Origin: Antedon mediterranea
Lineage: Eukaryota; Animalia; Echinodermata
Direction of reading: 5' to 3'
Length of the DNA stretch: 64,000 nucleotides
Assembly: GCF_964355755.1 (NCBI RefSeq)
Contig: NC_092670.1
Location: 17,098,795 to 17,162,794, forward strand
The number at the start of each line of letters is the position of its first letter. Positions within the stretch are counted from its first letter, which is position 1. The notes below the pieces were generated by a model. That model was not told where the DNA came from, did no database searches, and was given only the letters and a program-made list of their open reading frames with translations. The position numbers and the translations under genes are program-made. Of this stretch, positions 11,550 to 25,181 are shown one piece after another.

Positions 11550-14105
11550 TTTTTTTATTGTAAAGCAAAAGCAATGTCAACTTGATTCTCTAACTAGAGT
11601 AGCAAATCTACAATTTAAGAAACATTGTACGGTATGACCAGCAATAACCAGCTTGGATGTGGTAGTGTTCAAACGCTGACAAAGAACTAAACAAGTAACA
11701 ACTCACACAATAGAATTAGCACACAAAAAAATCAATCATATTAGCTGTACTCAAGGATCTTATGTCACTATTCTTAATTTCTCAAAGAAATAAACGTATT
11801 CCAAAACCTAATTATAAATTATGAGAAATATTCCTCAACGATAGTACTACACCAGATGAAATGTGTGCTTCTAAATAAAGGCTATGGTAAAATGTTAAAA
11901 CAGTTGTCACTTTCTAGATTGATCCATTTTGTATATGGGGTGAATTATTTAAAACACAACAATAGATCATATTGTTATACTATTAAAACCGACGTTTGAC
12001 GTCACAAAATATTTGACACAGTCATTTATTGTCTGTTTAATTGATTTTTCATGACATTCATTAATGTTTTATTCGATCATTTCTGTAATACATTAGTAAC
12101 ATCAATTTATAAAGTTCTCCAAACTGAAGTTCCAAGGCTGTGAATGCTGAAAAATTACACGATCTTGATACATCATTACAATACATTGACTGTTTATGAA
12201 ATTTTTGAGAAACCAGAACTTCAAAGAACCGGAACATCCTTGAATCTACTCACGTTCATGAAAACCGACTTAAACATTATATTTTTGCGCGGAAGCAGCA
12301 TAATTTGCATAGAATTGCCATAAAATTTGTTGTATCTCATAGGTCATTAAACACTCCCAAAGAACTGGTGAGTACCCTGCAAATTTACCGAGTCAATTCC
12401 GGCATTTTAAACCTCGCCTAAATCCAGCCATTAAAAACTTGTTAAATGATTAATTACAAAGTTATCCAAGGACTAACCCCCACTTTACTTAGTTCAGCCA
12501 GGGAGTAAATAAATGACAACTCCCTGATTCAGGTACTTGTTTATTTTACTGACCTATATGGTGATCTATTGAATGAATTATTCACAGCAAACAAATATTT
12601 AAATAATTCTTTAATGATACTTCTGTGTATATAAATATGCTCTTCATATAATATTCATTTTCAAATACAATAATTGAGTTGTTAATATTAATAATGCTAA
12701 ATATTTTTTTTTTTAAATATTAATATTGTACTTATTTTAGCCTTATTTAATTTTATTAGCTGAATGCTAATTGTGTATGTTGATATTTTTTATCTCTCTT
12801 ATCTTTTTAACCTTTGGCTGCCTTGTACGATTTTAATTGATGAAAAAAATACCTTGAATTAATGAAGTTATTGATATATTGGATCAATAAAGTTCTAATT
12901 AAAATCATTAAATATATACCAAGTAAACAGGATATATACAGTTACATCTAAAACTAGGTCAGATGATCAATTTAATATTCTAAATATTCTTAATTATATT
13001 TCCTTAAAGTATTATTTTCATTTGATGTTTCAATATTTTTCCAAACTATATTTTACAGGCAAACTTTTGAAAACCAGTACTGTCAACGGTGGACTGAACA
13101 ATAATCTGGTAAACATATTATAATTTTTTTTCTCTTACAAAACAGAGTTTACAAAAATATATGATAAATAACAAATCAATCTAAATGCTTGCATATGACA
13201 AGGAAATGATATAAATATTACTTACAAAATAATAATGATATATACTTAGCAAATAATACAGAAATGACTTTAGCACAAATAATACAAATATACAAATACC
13301 TGTATTAGTTTATTAAACTATATAAATATTACTTTTCACCATGGATTACAAGAATCAAATTAAACGACTAAGAATTGTTACAAATATCAGTGTAGTCTAT
13401 AGTAAAAAAAAAACAAATTTAGTTTAAAACGTAACTATTGCTTTGACTGGATGATTAAATGATGCATAACTAACAAAATTGCTAATAGGTATCATCAATG
13501 TTGTACTAATGTTGATGAGATATCAAAACCGGTGTTATACAAACGTGTCAAAACATTTCAAATCAAAGCGTTAGTTTCTCTATATAATACTCAAATCTTT
13601 TTAAGCTGTTTTATTACATACCGTAATTTCACACCAATCTCTCATCACTAAATCATTTGTTTCTCATAATTGGGGGAAACGCATGAAAAAGTTATATTTA
13701 AACCAACTAAATGTCAACCGCAGAAAACCGTAACAATTGTTAGAAAAAAAAATATCATTATAAAGTTATAAACAATGTTTTAGGACTATGGTTGTTATTA
13801 ATGCAAGCAGTTATTATCCTTGAATTAAAGTAAATTGAAGATATGCATATAAAGTCAATGTGTAGGAACTACTCTTATACATGTTGATATAAAGTTTGCG
13901 GTACACCACATGTATTAGTTCTAAAGAACTGTTGAGTTTCTCGACGTTTCAATAAATATGCTTTGATCGTCCTCAGTATACAGTTATGAATTGAGATAAA
14001 TAAACATTGAATCTGATGAAACTATAGTCGGTTTAGTTATTACCTACCCACCAAAATAAGCAAGAAGTCAACATAATCAGCAAAAGTAAAGTGCAATTAT
14101 AGAAT

Positions 14106-15647
14106 GTATGGTTGATAGTAATGATGTAATGCTGCAGCTTCATTATCTATATCATGCATTGTTTGGTTGATAGTAATGATGTAATGCTGCAGCTTCATTA
14201 TCTATATCATGCATTGTTTGGTTGATAGTAATGATGTAATGCTGCAGCTTCATTATCTATATCATGCATTGTTTGGTTGATAGTAATGATGTAATGCTGC
14301 AGCTTCATTATCTATATCATGCATTGTTTGGTTGATAGTAATGATGTAATGCTGCAGCTTCATTATCTATATCATGCATTGTTTGGTTGATAGTAATGAT
14401 GTAATGCTACAGCTTCATTATCTATATCATTCATTGTTTGGTTGATAGTAATGATGTAATGCTGCAGCTTCATTATCTATATCATTCATTGTTTGGTTGA
14501 TAGTAATGATGTAATGCTGCAGCTTCATTATCTATATCATGCATTGTTTGGTTGATAGTAATGATGTAATGCTGCAGCTTCATTATCTATATCATGCATT
14601 GTTTGGTTGATAGTAATGATGTAATGCTGCAGCTTCATTATCTATATCATGCATTGTATGGTTGATAGTAATGATGTAATGCTGCAGCTTCATTATCTAT
14701 ATCATGCATTGTTTGGTTGATAGTAATGATGTAATGCTGCAGCTTCATTATCTATATCATGCATTGTTTGGTTGATAGTAATGATGTAATGCTGCAGCTT
14801 CATTATCTATATCATGCATTGTTTGGTTGATAGTAATGATGTAATGCTGCAGCTTCATTATCTATATCATTCATTGTTTGGTTGATAGTAATGATGTAAT
14901 GCTGCAGCTTCATTATCTATATCATGCATTGTTTGGTTGATAGTAATGATGTAATGCTGCAGCTTCATTATCTATATCATGCATTGTTTGGTTGATAGTA
15001 ATGATGTAATGCTGCAGCTTCATTATCTATATCATGCATTGTTTGGTTGATAGTAATGATGTAATGCTGCAGCTTCATTATCTATATCATGCATTGTTTG
15101 GTTGATAGTAATGATGTAATGCTGCAGCTTCATTATCTATATCATGCATTGTTTGGTTGATAGTAATGATGTAATGCTGCAGCTTCATTATCTATATCAT
15201 GCATTGTTTGGTTGATAGTAATGATGTAATGCTGCAGCTTCATTATCTATATCATGCATTGTTTGGTTGATAGTAATGATGTAATGCTGCAGCTTCATTA
15301 TCTATCATTCATTGTTTGGTTGATAGTAATGATGTAATGCTGCAGCTTCATTATCTATATCATGCATTGTATGGTTGATAGTAATGATGTAATGCTGCAG
15401 CTTCATTATCTATATCATGCATTGTTTGGTTGATAGTAATGATGTAATGCTGCAGCTTCATTATCTATATCATGCATTGTTTGGTTGATAGTAATGATGT
15501 AATGCTGCAGCTTCATTATCTATATCATGCATTGTTTGGTTGATAGTAATGATGTAATGCTGCAGCTTCATTATCTATATCATGCATTGTTTGGTTGATA
15601 GTAATGATGTAATGCTGCAGCTTCATTATCTATATCATGCATTGTTT
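14106..15647. repeat. Minisatellite, 55-bp unit, ~28 near-identical copies
   Basis: Unit gtttggttgatagtaatgatgtaatgctgcagcttcattatctatatcatgcatt, with only rare variants. Confidence 0.97.
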
Positions 15648-16832
15648 TGATGAACAGTATATATAACTTAAATATAATTTTTTTGCATAAAAATTCTTTT
15701 TAATATATTGCTTTGGAAAGTTTTTGGCATGATTAATTACAGATTATAAAAATAAGGCACAAAATATTTTAAGGTATAATTTCCTCAGCTCAAACACAAA
15801 TATAAATACATATTAAGCACTACCACATTGGTATTTACTGTATAAGTACATACTTTAACAGTAGAGGCAAATATCATCATATTTACCTAATGCAGTGTTG
15901 AAAGACATTATTAACATTGAAAGCATATATTCTTGATAATGAGCTACTTAGAGATGATACATTTAAATAAGACCTTACTAACATATTGCTAAACTTACCT
16001 ACTCTTATTGGAAGTAAATTACTTAAGGCAATTTGTGAACATAAAATGCGTGTTCAATACTTGGCAATTTCTTGGCTTGTAATTCCAAGGGTCTAGTGCA
16101 ACTATGAAGTATTCATTTTCATGTGTTTGTCATCAAAGGAATGTCACATTTTGTAAAAGATTTTTTTAATATACAACATACCATAGTAAAAACCAAAATA
16201 CAAAAATCTACAATATTGCACTATACATAAGAAGCTATCCATCACTTCTTAATTTATAGGTGTGCTTACCCCTTTTTTTGTTCATAACTATGCTTTCCCC
16301 TCAATTTATAGGTGCATTTTCCAGATGCATTGTTTTATACCTTTGCAGGGCACTAATTAAATCCTACCAACTACGCTGGCTCCTCCATTTTCCAGGTGTG
16401 TCCCAATTTTTACAAGAATCTTATTAATTACGCCTTTTGTTTACTACATCCATTAAAATAATAAAACTTGTATTATATCCACAAGGTCCTTTTTACATTT
16501 AAAAATTACTATCATCATAGTATTTATTCCTATACTTATTTATCTAAATCTAAATTAAAATGCATAATGTTGCAGTTCATAAAATGTTAGTTTGGTTGAT
16601 TTAATTTATTTGTTATTATAATAATATTTGTTTAATAAAATTAATGTTTTCAATTATAAAATGAATGGTCAAAACCCATTGGCTGGCGGCCAATTTGACT
16701 ATGCTTTGCTTTAAATTACATTTTTTTAGGTAAATAAATTTTTTTTCCGATCAAATTTTTGGTCAAAGTGGATAACTATTAGGTGACATTAAAATGGCAT
16801 ATTAACAAAAAAATAAATTTAGAATTATTTTT

Positions 16833-19800
16833 TCAGGGGGACAATACATCTTTAATACTTTTATTCTGACCATCATTGTATATGCCATCACCATCCAATC
16901 CCATATAGCCAAACCATCCACTATTAAACAGTTTAATTTCTGAATTACCATTGCAATTGTGACAACTTTCTGACTTAATAAAGGTTGTATTTTTGTTGAG
17001 TGGTACTCTAAACAAATTTTGAGTATGAAGTTTTAAACGTTGTATTGTTAAGGAACTTCTTACATAATACACATCATCAAGAACAACGGCATCACGGCTG
17101 TACAAGTTTATCATATCCAAATTCCCGTCAAAATCTATATCACTTACTGCTCCTAATCAAGTAGAGACATAAAGAAAGTGCCTGTAAATGTATTCGGTGG
17201 AAAATGGCAAAATCAGCACTGTGGTCAATTATCTGATAAAACTCCTAGAAAGTAGGACCCCTTTTGTAATTTTTCCCCTGACTCTAATAGTTTAGTTGTA
17301 TGGATATTAATCATAATATCTGCCCATTAAAAAAAAGTATATGGTCATCCTTTGAATAATCAGTTTTATTTTATTTTGTATTTATTATAGTTTTCTTTAG
17401 GATTTTAAAGTTTCTTTTTGTTGCAATTAACTTATTCTATTACAGTATTATTTCATGCATATTTTTGGATTGCAATGCAATTACAGAAACCCCTCCTATC
17501 ACAACCCATTCAAGATTTCAAGGGTTTCATTTGTAGCTTTGCTTTCTTCTGCTACATCAAATTCTTTCACTAGTGAGCTTTCAATTTACAACAACCAACC
17601 ACCACTAAGTCATGTTAATTCATTGTAGGCATACTGGTATACTGGGACGGGATTACTCGCTCCCCATCTCGACACAGTTTTGACGGTTTCTACGTCCAGA
17701 AAATGACCAATGACACGATTGATGTAGTTAGGTTATTGGTCGTCAAAAATTAAAAGCTCCCTAATAACATTGTTGGACAATAAACAAGTTAGAATAATTT
17801 AAAAGGTTTCACATGTGTATACTTACCAGTAGCAATAATTGTTGCTGCAAGGACAGTGCATTCAGACCCATCCTCTTTTTCTACTTCCCGTTTTCGATGG
17901 TGAGTGTTTTGTTTTGTATTTTCTTCTCTCAAAAGCTTATCACTAGTTGTTGTAGATATATTTTGATTGGGTTCATTTTCATTATTTGTGAGTTCTGTAA
18001 AGCAATTTTCAAATACATATTAAAACCAAAAACACAAAAAATAGTAGTTTTTGCTTAAAAATAGTATGAAAAAATTTAAAAGTTGTACGCTGTATAAAAC
18101 TGATGGAATGTACAAGCCTCGAAAAGCTAGTTACTCTAACGGTAGGTACCTGCACCCTGTTTAAAAATGTGGGTGCCCCCATTGAATGTGAGAATTTTAC
18201 AAATTGTTACCATAGCGGTATGTGTCTGCTTGTACTCTGGTTAGAATTGATGGTGCCCTCATAGAGTCTCTGTCAACCATTAGTAACTCTGCCTCGTCCA
18301 ATAGCAATGTTTCATTATTGCAATTTTCACTGCCTGAATCTGTATGACGTTTTTTGTGATCACCATGATGATGCATTGGGCACTTAGCATGGCTATCATC
18401 CAACTGAAAATATACATCGTTGTGTGGTTGTTACTATGGGCAAAATTTAATACCAAGAATTCTCTATTTTAATTCTAATCTATTTACAAAAAACATCTTA
18501 AGTCTACTACAAAGTATTTGTGTCTACTGTAAATAGAATTTATAAAGCCTTACAAAGCATGACTGTTGCAATGTAAATCTTCTACCAATTAGCCAAAATA
18601 TAAAAGCTGATTTGTGTGAACCCTGGCTGACAGATAATGGAGAATTCATCATCCTTCGCTGTGACAATGCAGTTGTAGACCATAATGTTGAGCCATCTCT
18701 CCCATCTAGAATTGCTACCTGTGAAAAAGTTATATTTTACTCATATGATATTCTGACATTTTGAAACTTCGAAAAGTTATTATAATTAAAATATATTCTA
18801 TTAAGATATAAATTAGCATACATAAAACTGTAGCATTTGAATTATATTATATATATTTTTGTAACAGTAGCATGATATTTTTTAAAGCTCTGTCTACACT
18901 ATCAAATTAGATTGACAAAAAAAATGTCTGATGTGCCCAGATATGGTAGTGATATACCCAAATATGGTAGTGATATGACAGAATCATGTCCGAATATGGG
19001 CACATCACATTTGTTTGTCACATAAAGTTTTATAGTGTAGACAGAGTTTAAGAAAAGAGAACCAAAGTGATTACAGTGTTTTGATGGTATACTGGCCATG
19101 TACCAAGTGACAAACACACCATGATGTCAAGGTACACATCATCATTAAAATAACCAGGCGCAGGAATACTGTGAATAATGAAGATGGTTATGTTTGACAT
19201 ATACATGATAACAACATAATGAAATTGCGAGAGAAAATGATGCAATACAGAGAACCCCAAAATAACAATTATAAATATATTATTATATATCTATATGTTG
19301 TGTTATACATGAGAATATAAAACAACTTGCGTGTTTATAATTCCAATATAAGATCTGGCAATATGATTCAATGGTGGCTATGATATAATAACATAGCTTT
19401 ATGATAAAATACACAGGTGGATGTTAAAACAGATGTACATAATTACCTGTATGATTGATAGCCTTCAAACATTTGACCTGTTGTCCAAATTACACTAAGA
19501 TCATTACCATTAAGAACTGTATACATTCCATTGAATAATGACACAATAAGATCATTTACTCCATCGTTGTTTATATCTGCTAAGATTGTTGGTACCATTA
19601 CACCACTGGTTCCTTCTGACCTATAAATATGTATAACAAGGTAGGTTACCATATTATTTCTGAACATGGGGAAATGAACTGTAAGGAGCACATTGTACTA
19701 AGCCTGGAAATTATGTGGTACAGTAGGGTCGCCAGATTCTTTCCATGTTGTCTTTTCCTCCCAAGTATTTTACTCATGCCATGTACTACAACTGAATAGA

Positions 19801-22800
19801 CTAAGAGTTCTTATCAGGTCTTTCTTTGATAGTCAAGTGTCATAATCACTTTGCGAACTGATACTTATAAAAGTTGTATAAATTATTATTTGACAAGGAT
19901 ACAGTATTCTGTGACATTGACAATATCCTTTTACTTTACAGAATCTGTCAACATCTCTTGGAGTATGAGATTTTTTAAATTAAAAAAGATGCACTATTCA
20001 ATAATTATTAGAAAGGTATCTCTTAACAATAGAACTCAATACTCTGCTCAGAATTATACAAACGTCAATTAAAGAAATAGACAATAGATTTACCTCATTA
20101 TTTCTATCCTATTTGTATCATCAAGACTGCTGCTTTCTCCCCATTTCAGGTTATACACATCAGATTTGAGTATCTGAAGATCTAACATTTCTGGTGTTGT
20201 CTCCATTACATAGCAGTATAGATCTCGTAAAGAGATTCCAAACAAAGACCCTTAAAGCATAAATAAAATGAAGACAGTAAATTAATGTTGGTTATAATGG
20301 ATCACATATTATTTGATTTCATAAAATAAATATCTCTTCTAAGATCCAGCTATTCTAAACCTATGTGTATAGATTTGATCTGTAATTGTTTGTTTAGTTT
20401 TTTTTATTTGTAATTGTAATAACATATCAATCAGAAGAGTTTAATGTTTCACTTTAAAGTGTCTTTTTCACTCTTGACAAAGTTCACACAAAGTTTTCTT
20501 GTTATTTTACAAAGTATGAAATGTAATAAAAGCCCACCTTGAACTGTCTCTCCACCTGAGCCAAATAGAATGTAAATAGCTCCATTTTGATGTGTGTATA
20601 AGGTAATGGCTGAATAAGTTTCATGCTCATCTGACATGTTTAAATATCTTCCCAGTGATAAACCAGTTTTACCAGACAATAAAAGGATTCTCCCAGCCTC
20701 TCTATCTAACTCCTGCATGTAAGAGAATCAATGTTTTTTTTTAATCTGGAAGACCCTATAACATTTACCTTTCAAAAGCAAAAAGAGAAACCCCAAAATT
20801 CCTCAAATGGCAAGAGGTTGGTCGGTTGTGTGTGTGTTTGTTTCTTCCTATTTTTGTTATTTAGTAGAATTACTCAAAAATTGATTGCTTAATTGTTATA
20901 AAAAGGATAGTTACATAGCTGTATGGGAACATTAAATTAAATTTGCATATGCAAAGGTGGATTTTGCGCTCTCCGATTGCCTTTCTATACTAGTTTCATA
21001 AATTAAATCAATGTAAATTGAGAGAACAAAACCTATGAAGTAACAGCATACAGTTGTACAATCTGACATCACAGTACCACATGCATATGTAATAAGGAAT
21101 TGGTACTACTGGATTTCAGGTTATAAAACAAATCAAACTGTGTTATTATTACATATTGATAGTTGCATTGAGTGTTGTTTTTTACCTCAGGTTTATACTT
21201 GTAGTTACCACCATGGTTGACTACAATTTCTTCTACTCCATCACCATTTAAGTCTGGTACAATTTGTGGCTGATAAAAGTTCCATAAGGAATTACTGTAT
21301 GAATCATTAGCTGACCAAATTACGTTACCTGTAAGAAATATTGTGGCTCATCTAAACTTGTTTGATTCTTACAGTAGAAGAACTCTATTAAGGGGACACC
21401 AAATGTTTGTCTTCTTAATAGTGGTGTCTCATGAATAGGGCTTGGCTGTTATAGTGTTACTGTTAATATATATTGACTCTCATTCATTTCATATAGTAGT
21501 TAAGTGTCTATAGTGGTGCCCCTTAAATATGGGTTGGCTGTAGTGTTGCCTTAATAGGAGAGTGCTCCCTTAATAGGGGTGTCTCAAAGGAGGAGTTCCA
21601 GATTTTTGTAATAGTAATCACTTTTTTTTTATTGCATTTGCTTCGCTAAGGAAATACTATTCCATTTAATTTCACAGGAAAACCACCTAATTTCTTACCT
21701 GTTCTAATATTAAGAGCCATGAGTTGTGCACCACGGCCAGCGACAATGCAATCTTTAAATCCATCTCTATCTACATCAAGCTTGCCACAGTTCATAGCAA
21801 ATACATCATTATCAACATTTGTTTGCCAAAGTAAATCACCACTTTTACCATCAACTCCCTGTATTGCTCCAAGACATGGAGCACTCATATCTATATACAA
21901 ACAAAACAACATGTTAGTTACTTACAAAGAATGACTTGCCTTTTCCATTATTGATCTTTGTAATTCCAGCTCAAGTTTATGTATGACACGCCATGTGTGC
22001 CAAAATGTATCCTTTTACCAACACTAATTTACTAGAATCTAGACTAATAAAGTGTTGCTTTTAGATTTACAAATTTCAAATAAATGAAATTTGATTTAAA
22101 ATTAATAAACCAAAAAAAACCAAGCTTACTAATACTCTTGCAAAAATGGGCTCTCTGTATTGTTGATCTTAATAGTGTATACACAAAATCTAAAACTCCA
22201 TCATCATTTATATGTTCTAAACGCACAACAGACTCGCTGGAATACAGTCTTGAAATATTTTCCCAAACAACTTCAGAAGAAAAGTTGAAATTGGTTGAGT
22301 TTGATGACTCTAAATCTTTAATTTCAATTTGAAGAAGAAATCCAAATAAAATGCCCATTATAACTAAACATATCAATGTCAGACAGAACGAACGGCAATT
22401 TGGCTGTTTTTGTTTAGTGTGTGGTGTCCGAACAGTGAGACTGAAGTGAGCATTTGTAACTGTCTCAAGTGGATTCTGAATTGTAGGCTGGTCATCTTGG
22501 ATGTGTGGTTCATTGGGTAGTTGAAGTTTACCATTAACAGCAACAGGTGGTAAAAAGACATCATCCTCATCACTATCATCACTAGCTGACGGCAACAGAG
22601 CAACTGGCAGATACCCTTTCCTTTTACTTCTTAGGTCTACAAAAGAGAATCAACACTGTCAGATATTTTCGTATCAAAAGTCCGAAGTTTACACACACTA
22701 GGCCTAGACTTTACTAGTTGCCTTTTGTATACTGTAGTGTGTGAACTCCAGAGCGATGTGATTGGGTTTATGTTTATTACGCCACGATTACAACACTAAT

Positions 22801-23027
22801 AAAAAAAATTAAGTCAAGTTTAAAAATAGGCGGCGGCCTGCCTACCTACTACCTAGTCCTAGTTAGTAGTAGGACTTAGGCTACCTAGCCCTAGCTAAAT
22901 AAAAGTAAAAAAAGCCTAGCCTAGCTAGGCCATATGCTAGCCTATTTTATATTATTAATATTATACATGTTTTTGAGCCTAAACATTTACATAATCAGGA
23001 TCAAAACGTACCATTAAAAAGCGCCAT
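16833..23027 (-). CDS. FAM234-like (FAM234A/B, ITFG3-like) type II membrane protein with FG-GAP/beta-propeller repeats; multi-exon
   Basis: Exon 1 (23027-23012) splices in frame to 22636: MALFNDLRSKRKGYLPVALLPSASDDSDEDDVF. TM helix followed by repeated D-x-N/D-x-D-G-x-x-D motifs (INDDGVLD, VDRDGFKD, INNDGVND), ILFGSGGET, and a C-terminal WFGYMGLDGDG. Confidence 0.8.
18884..19050. mobile_element. Tourist/Harbinger-like MITE (family also at ~29120-29235 and ~50967-51110)
   Basis: Inverted termini aagctctgtctacactatcaaa...tttatagtgtagacagagttt in a TAA/TTA context; shared internal gtgcccaaatatggtagt and gggcacatcac motifs across copies. Confidence 0.75.
21310..21600. mobile_element. Degenerate Tc1/mariner-type MITE
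   Basis: Starts tacagtagaa...tattaaggggacacc and has ccttaatagggg-type subrepeats; similar to 56644-56808. Confidence 0.5.
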
Positions 23028-25181
23028 TCAACAGATAGCATTGCAAACAAAAACGTATCTTGAGTACACGATGTTGGCCTAGGCCTAGTAGCGTCACAGT
23101 AGTAGTGGGCCTTTGGGTAGTACAACCGGTGAATCGCCGTGTAGCCGTAGCGTAGGGGGCATGCGAGGTGTTTTCGGCCTGGCCTAGGCTAGCTAGGCCA
23201 AAAATCAAGCCTAGCAGCTAGACTTCGGAAAAGAGTGAAACGTAATTGATGGCAAGGATACTTAACTACATGTTTTAAACTTCAAGATGATAGCAAGACT
23301 TTGAATTCACATTTGTTCTAAAATTCGTTTATTTAGTAAAACAAACACACACGGAAACAAACGGTAAATAAAATCAAGGATGATAATATACACCGTTTTG
23401 GCAACTTGGTAATGTTCTAAATCTATGGAACGCTGGAACCGCAAATTTATCAGTAAAGGGAAAATAACTTGCGGTGTCTTCTATGAAATAAATTAAACTG
23501 TAGGATGTATAAATTATATATTTCTTATATTATGTATTTTATGATCAATTTCCAAGCCAATTCAATCAAACAAACATTTTTTGTTCTCAAAATATTCTTT
23601 TATTTGATATACAAACCTAAAAACATACATATTTTTTCTTTTCTGTGCAAGTAAAATACACAAGTTTTTTTTAGTGTTTTTTTTAATAAAATTGTATATT
23701 CTAATGTAATATCTAATATTTTTTGTGAATGGAAAATTGTTCACTTTTCTTTCCAAATGTAAAAATAAAAAGTTCAATAAATACTTTATAAATTGTGGGA
23801 TAAACTTTAAGTTTAGTTCAGTCAGGGAGGTATAAAAATACCTCCCTGGTTCAGTCAATGCCAAATAAACAGTTTTCGAATGCAACAAAATTGTGAGAAA
23901 ATTTTTTTAAAAACACAAGAACGCTGAACTTAAATTGTGTGCAAAATACACTATGCATCATGTGTACAAATCATGCTTAGCATGAAAATTACATTACAAC
24001 ATACTCACATAAATTATTAATGTTCAAAATGAACAATATATCACTGATGGGTGGCTGGTATTTATTTTAGCAAAATAATTACCAATAATAAAATAAATGT
24101 TTTAGCAAAAAATAAAGAAAAAAGTAATTTCAGTTATATGTAGCTTTTTCTGCTTCTTTATCGCACACATCCAATAACAGGATGAACAAACTATATGGTT
24201 ATAAGTCTTGTTTGAAGGTGCTTAGGGAGTGGAGTAGAAATAGGCACTAGGTAAGGATTGAACACTGGGTTTTAAGATTGCAAGGCAAGTATGTATATCC
24301 AACAAGCCACAGTCCTACTACCAGTAGTTCTTATACTCTAATAAACTATGGTTCCTTTATACAAATTGCATTACAATAATAAACACACATAAATTGTAAT
24401 ACTTGTGTATGCTACAAAATGAAATAAATATATTTATGTCATTATCAATCAGTGGTTTATATATATTTACATCAAAATATTTACCAATAATATTTAATAA
24501 TACTTTGTAAATGAACATTCTAATAAACTTTTAAATGACATGTTCAGTAAATCAATATTGAAACAAACCACATGATAAATTATTTACATTTAACTAAATA
24601 CTTTACATCAAAACTGATAAATAATAGACCCATTTTATTGTCATTAAATCTACCTCATCACACTTTCACCCCTGCAAGACGAATCTATTTACTTATATCG
24701 AAAATTCCTGATCTATATCTAAGTTTGTGCGTTTGAAATATGAATATACAGTGGATAAACCAATGCTTTCTAAGCAGGGTTTATAATGCATATTTTGGCA
24801 AGGATTTAACAAATTTGTATTATGTCAATTTTATTTCAATACATTTTTGAAAAAGTATTTACACACCATATTTACAGTTTCTAAGTATAATTCCTTTGGC
24901 ATTGAGTGTAAGAAAATAAAGGATAGCATAAACAGAGGATTTACAAAAACAATAATTGGCAGTGAAAATGCAGTACACTGTTATGTTAAGAGATATACAA
25001 GAATAATACCCCTTTCACATAGTCTATAAAAAACTCTGGAGTGTACATACCAATGCATCAACACCAGAATTTCATATGGTGTGCATCAAAGTGTGTAAAC
25101 TCCAGTTTAGCTAGGAGATGTAAAAGGGATATTAGATTGAGTTGACATTCATTTTATGAATGTAGTAGTGTATTGAAACAG

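Noticed and set aside
14106-15647. CRISPR-like array
   Set aside because: Units are contiguous and identical, with no unique spacers and no cas genes, in a eukaryotic context.
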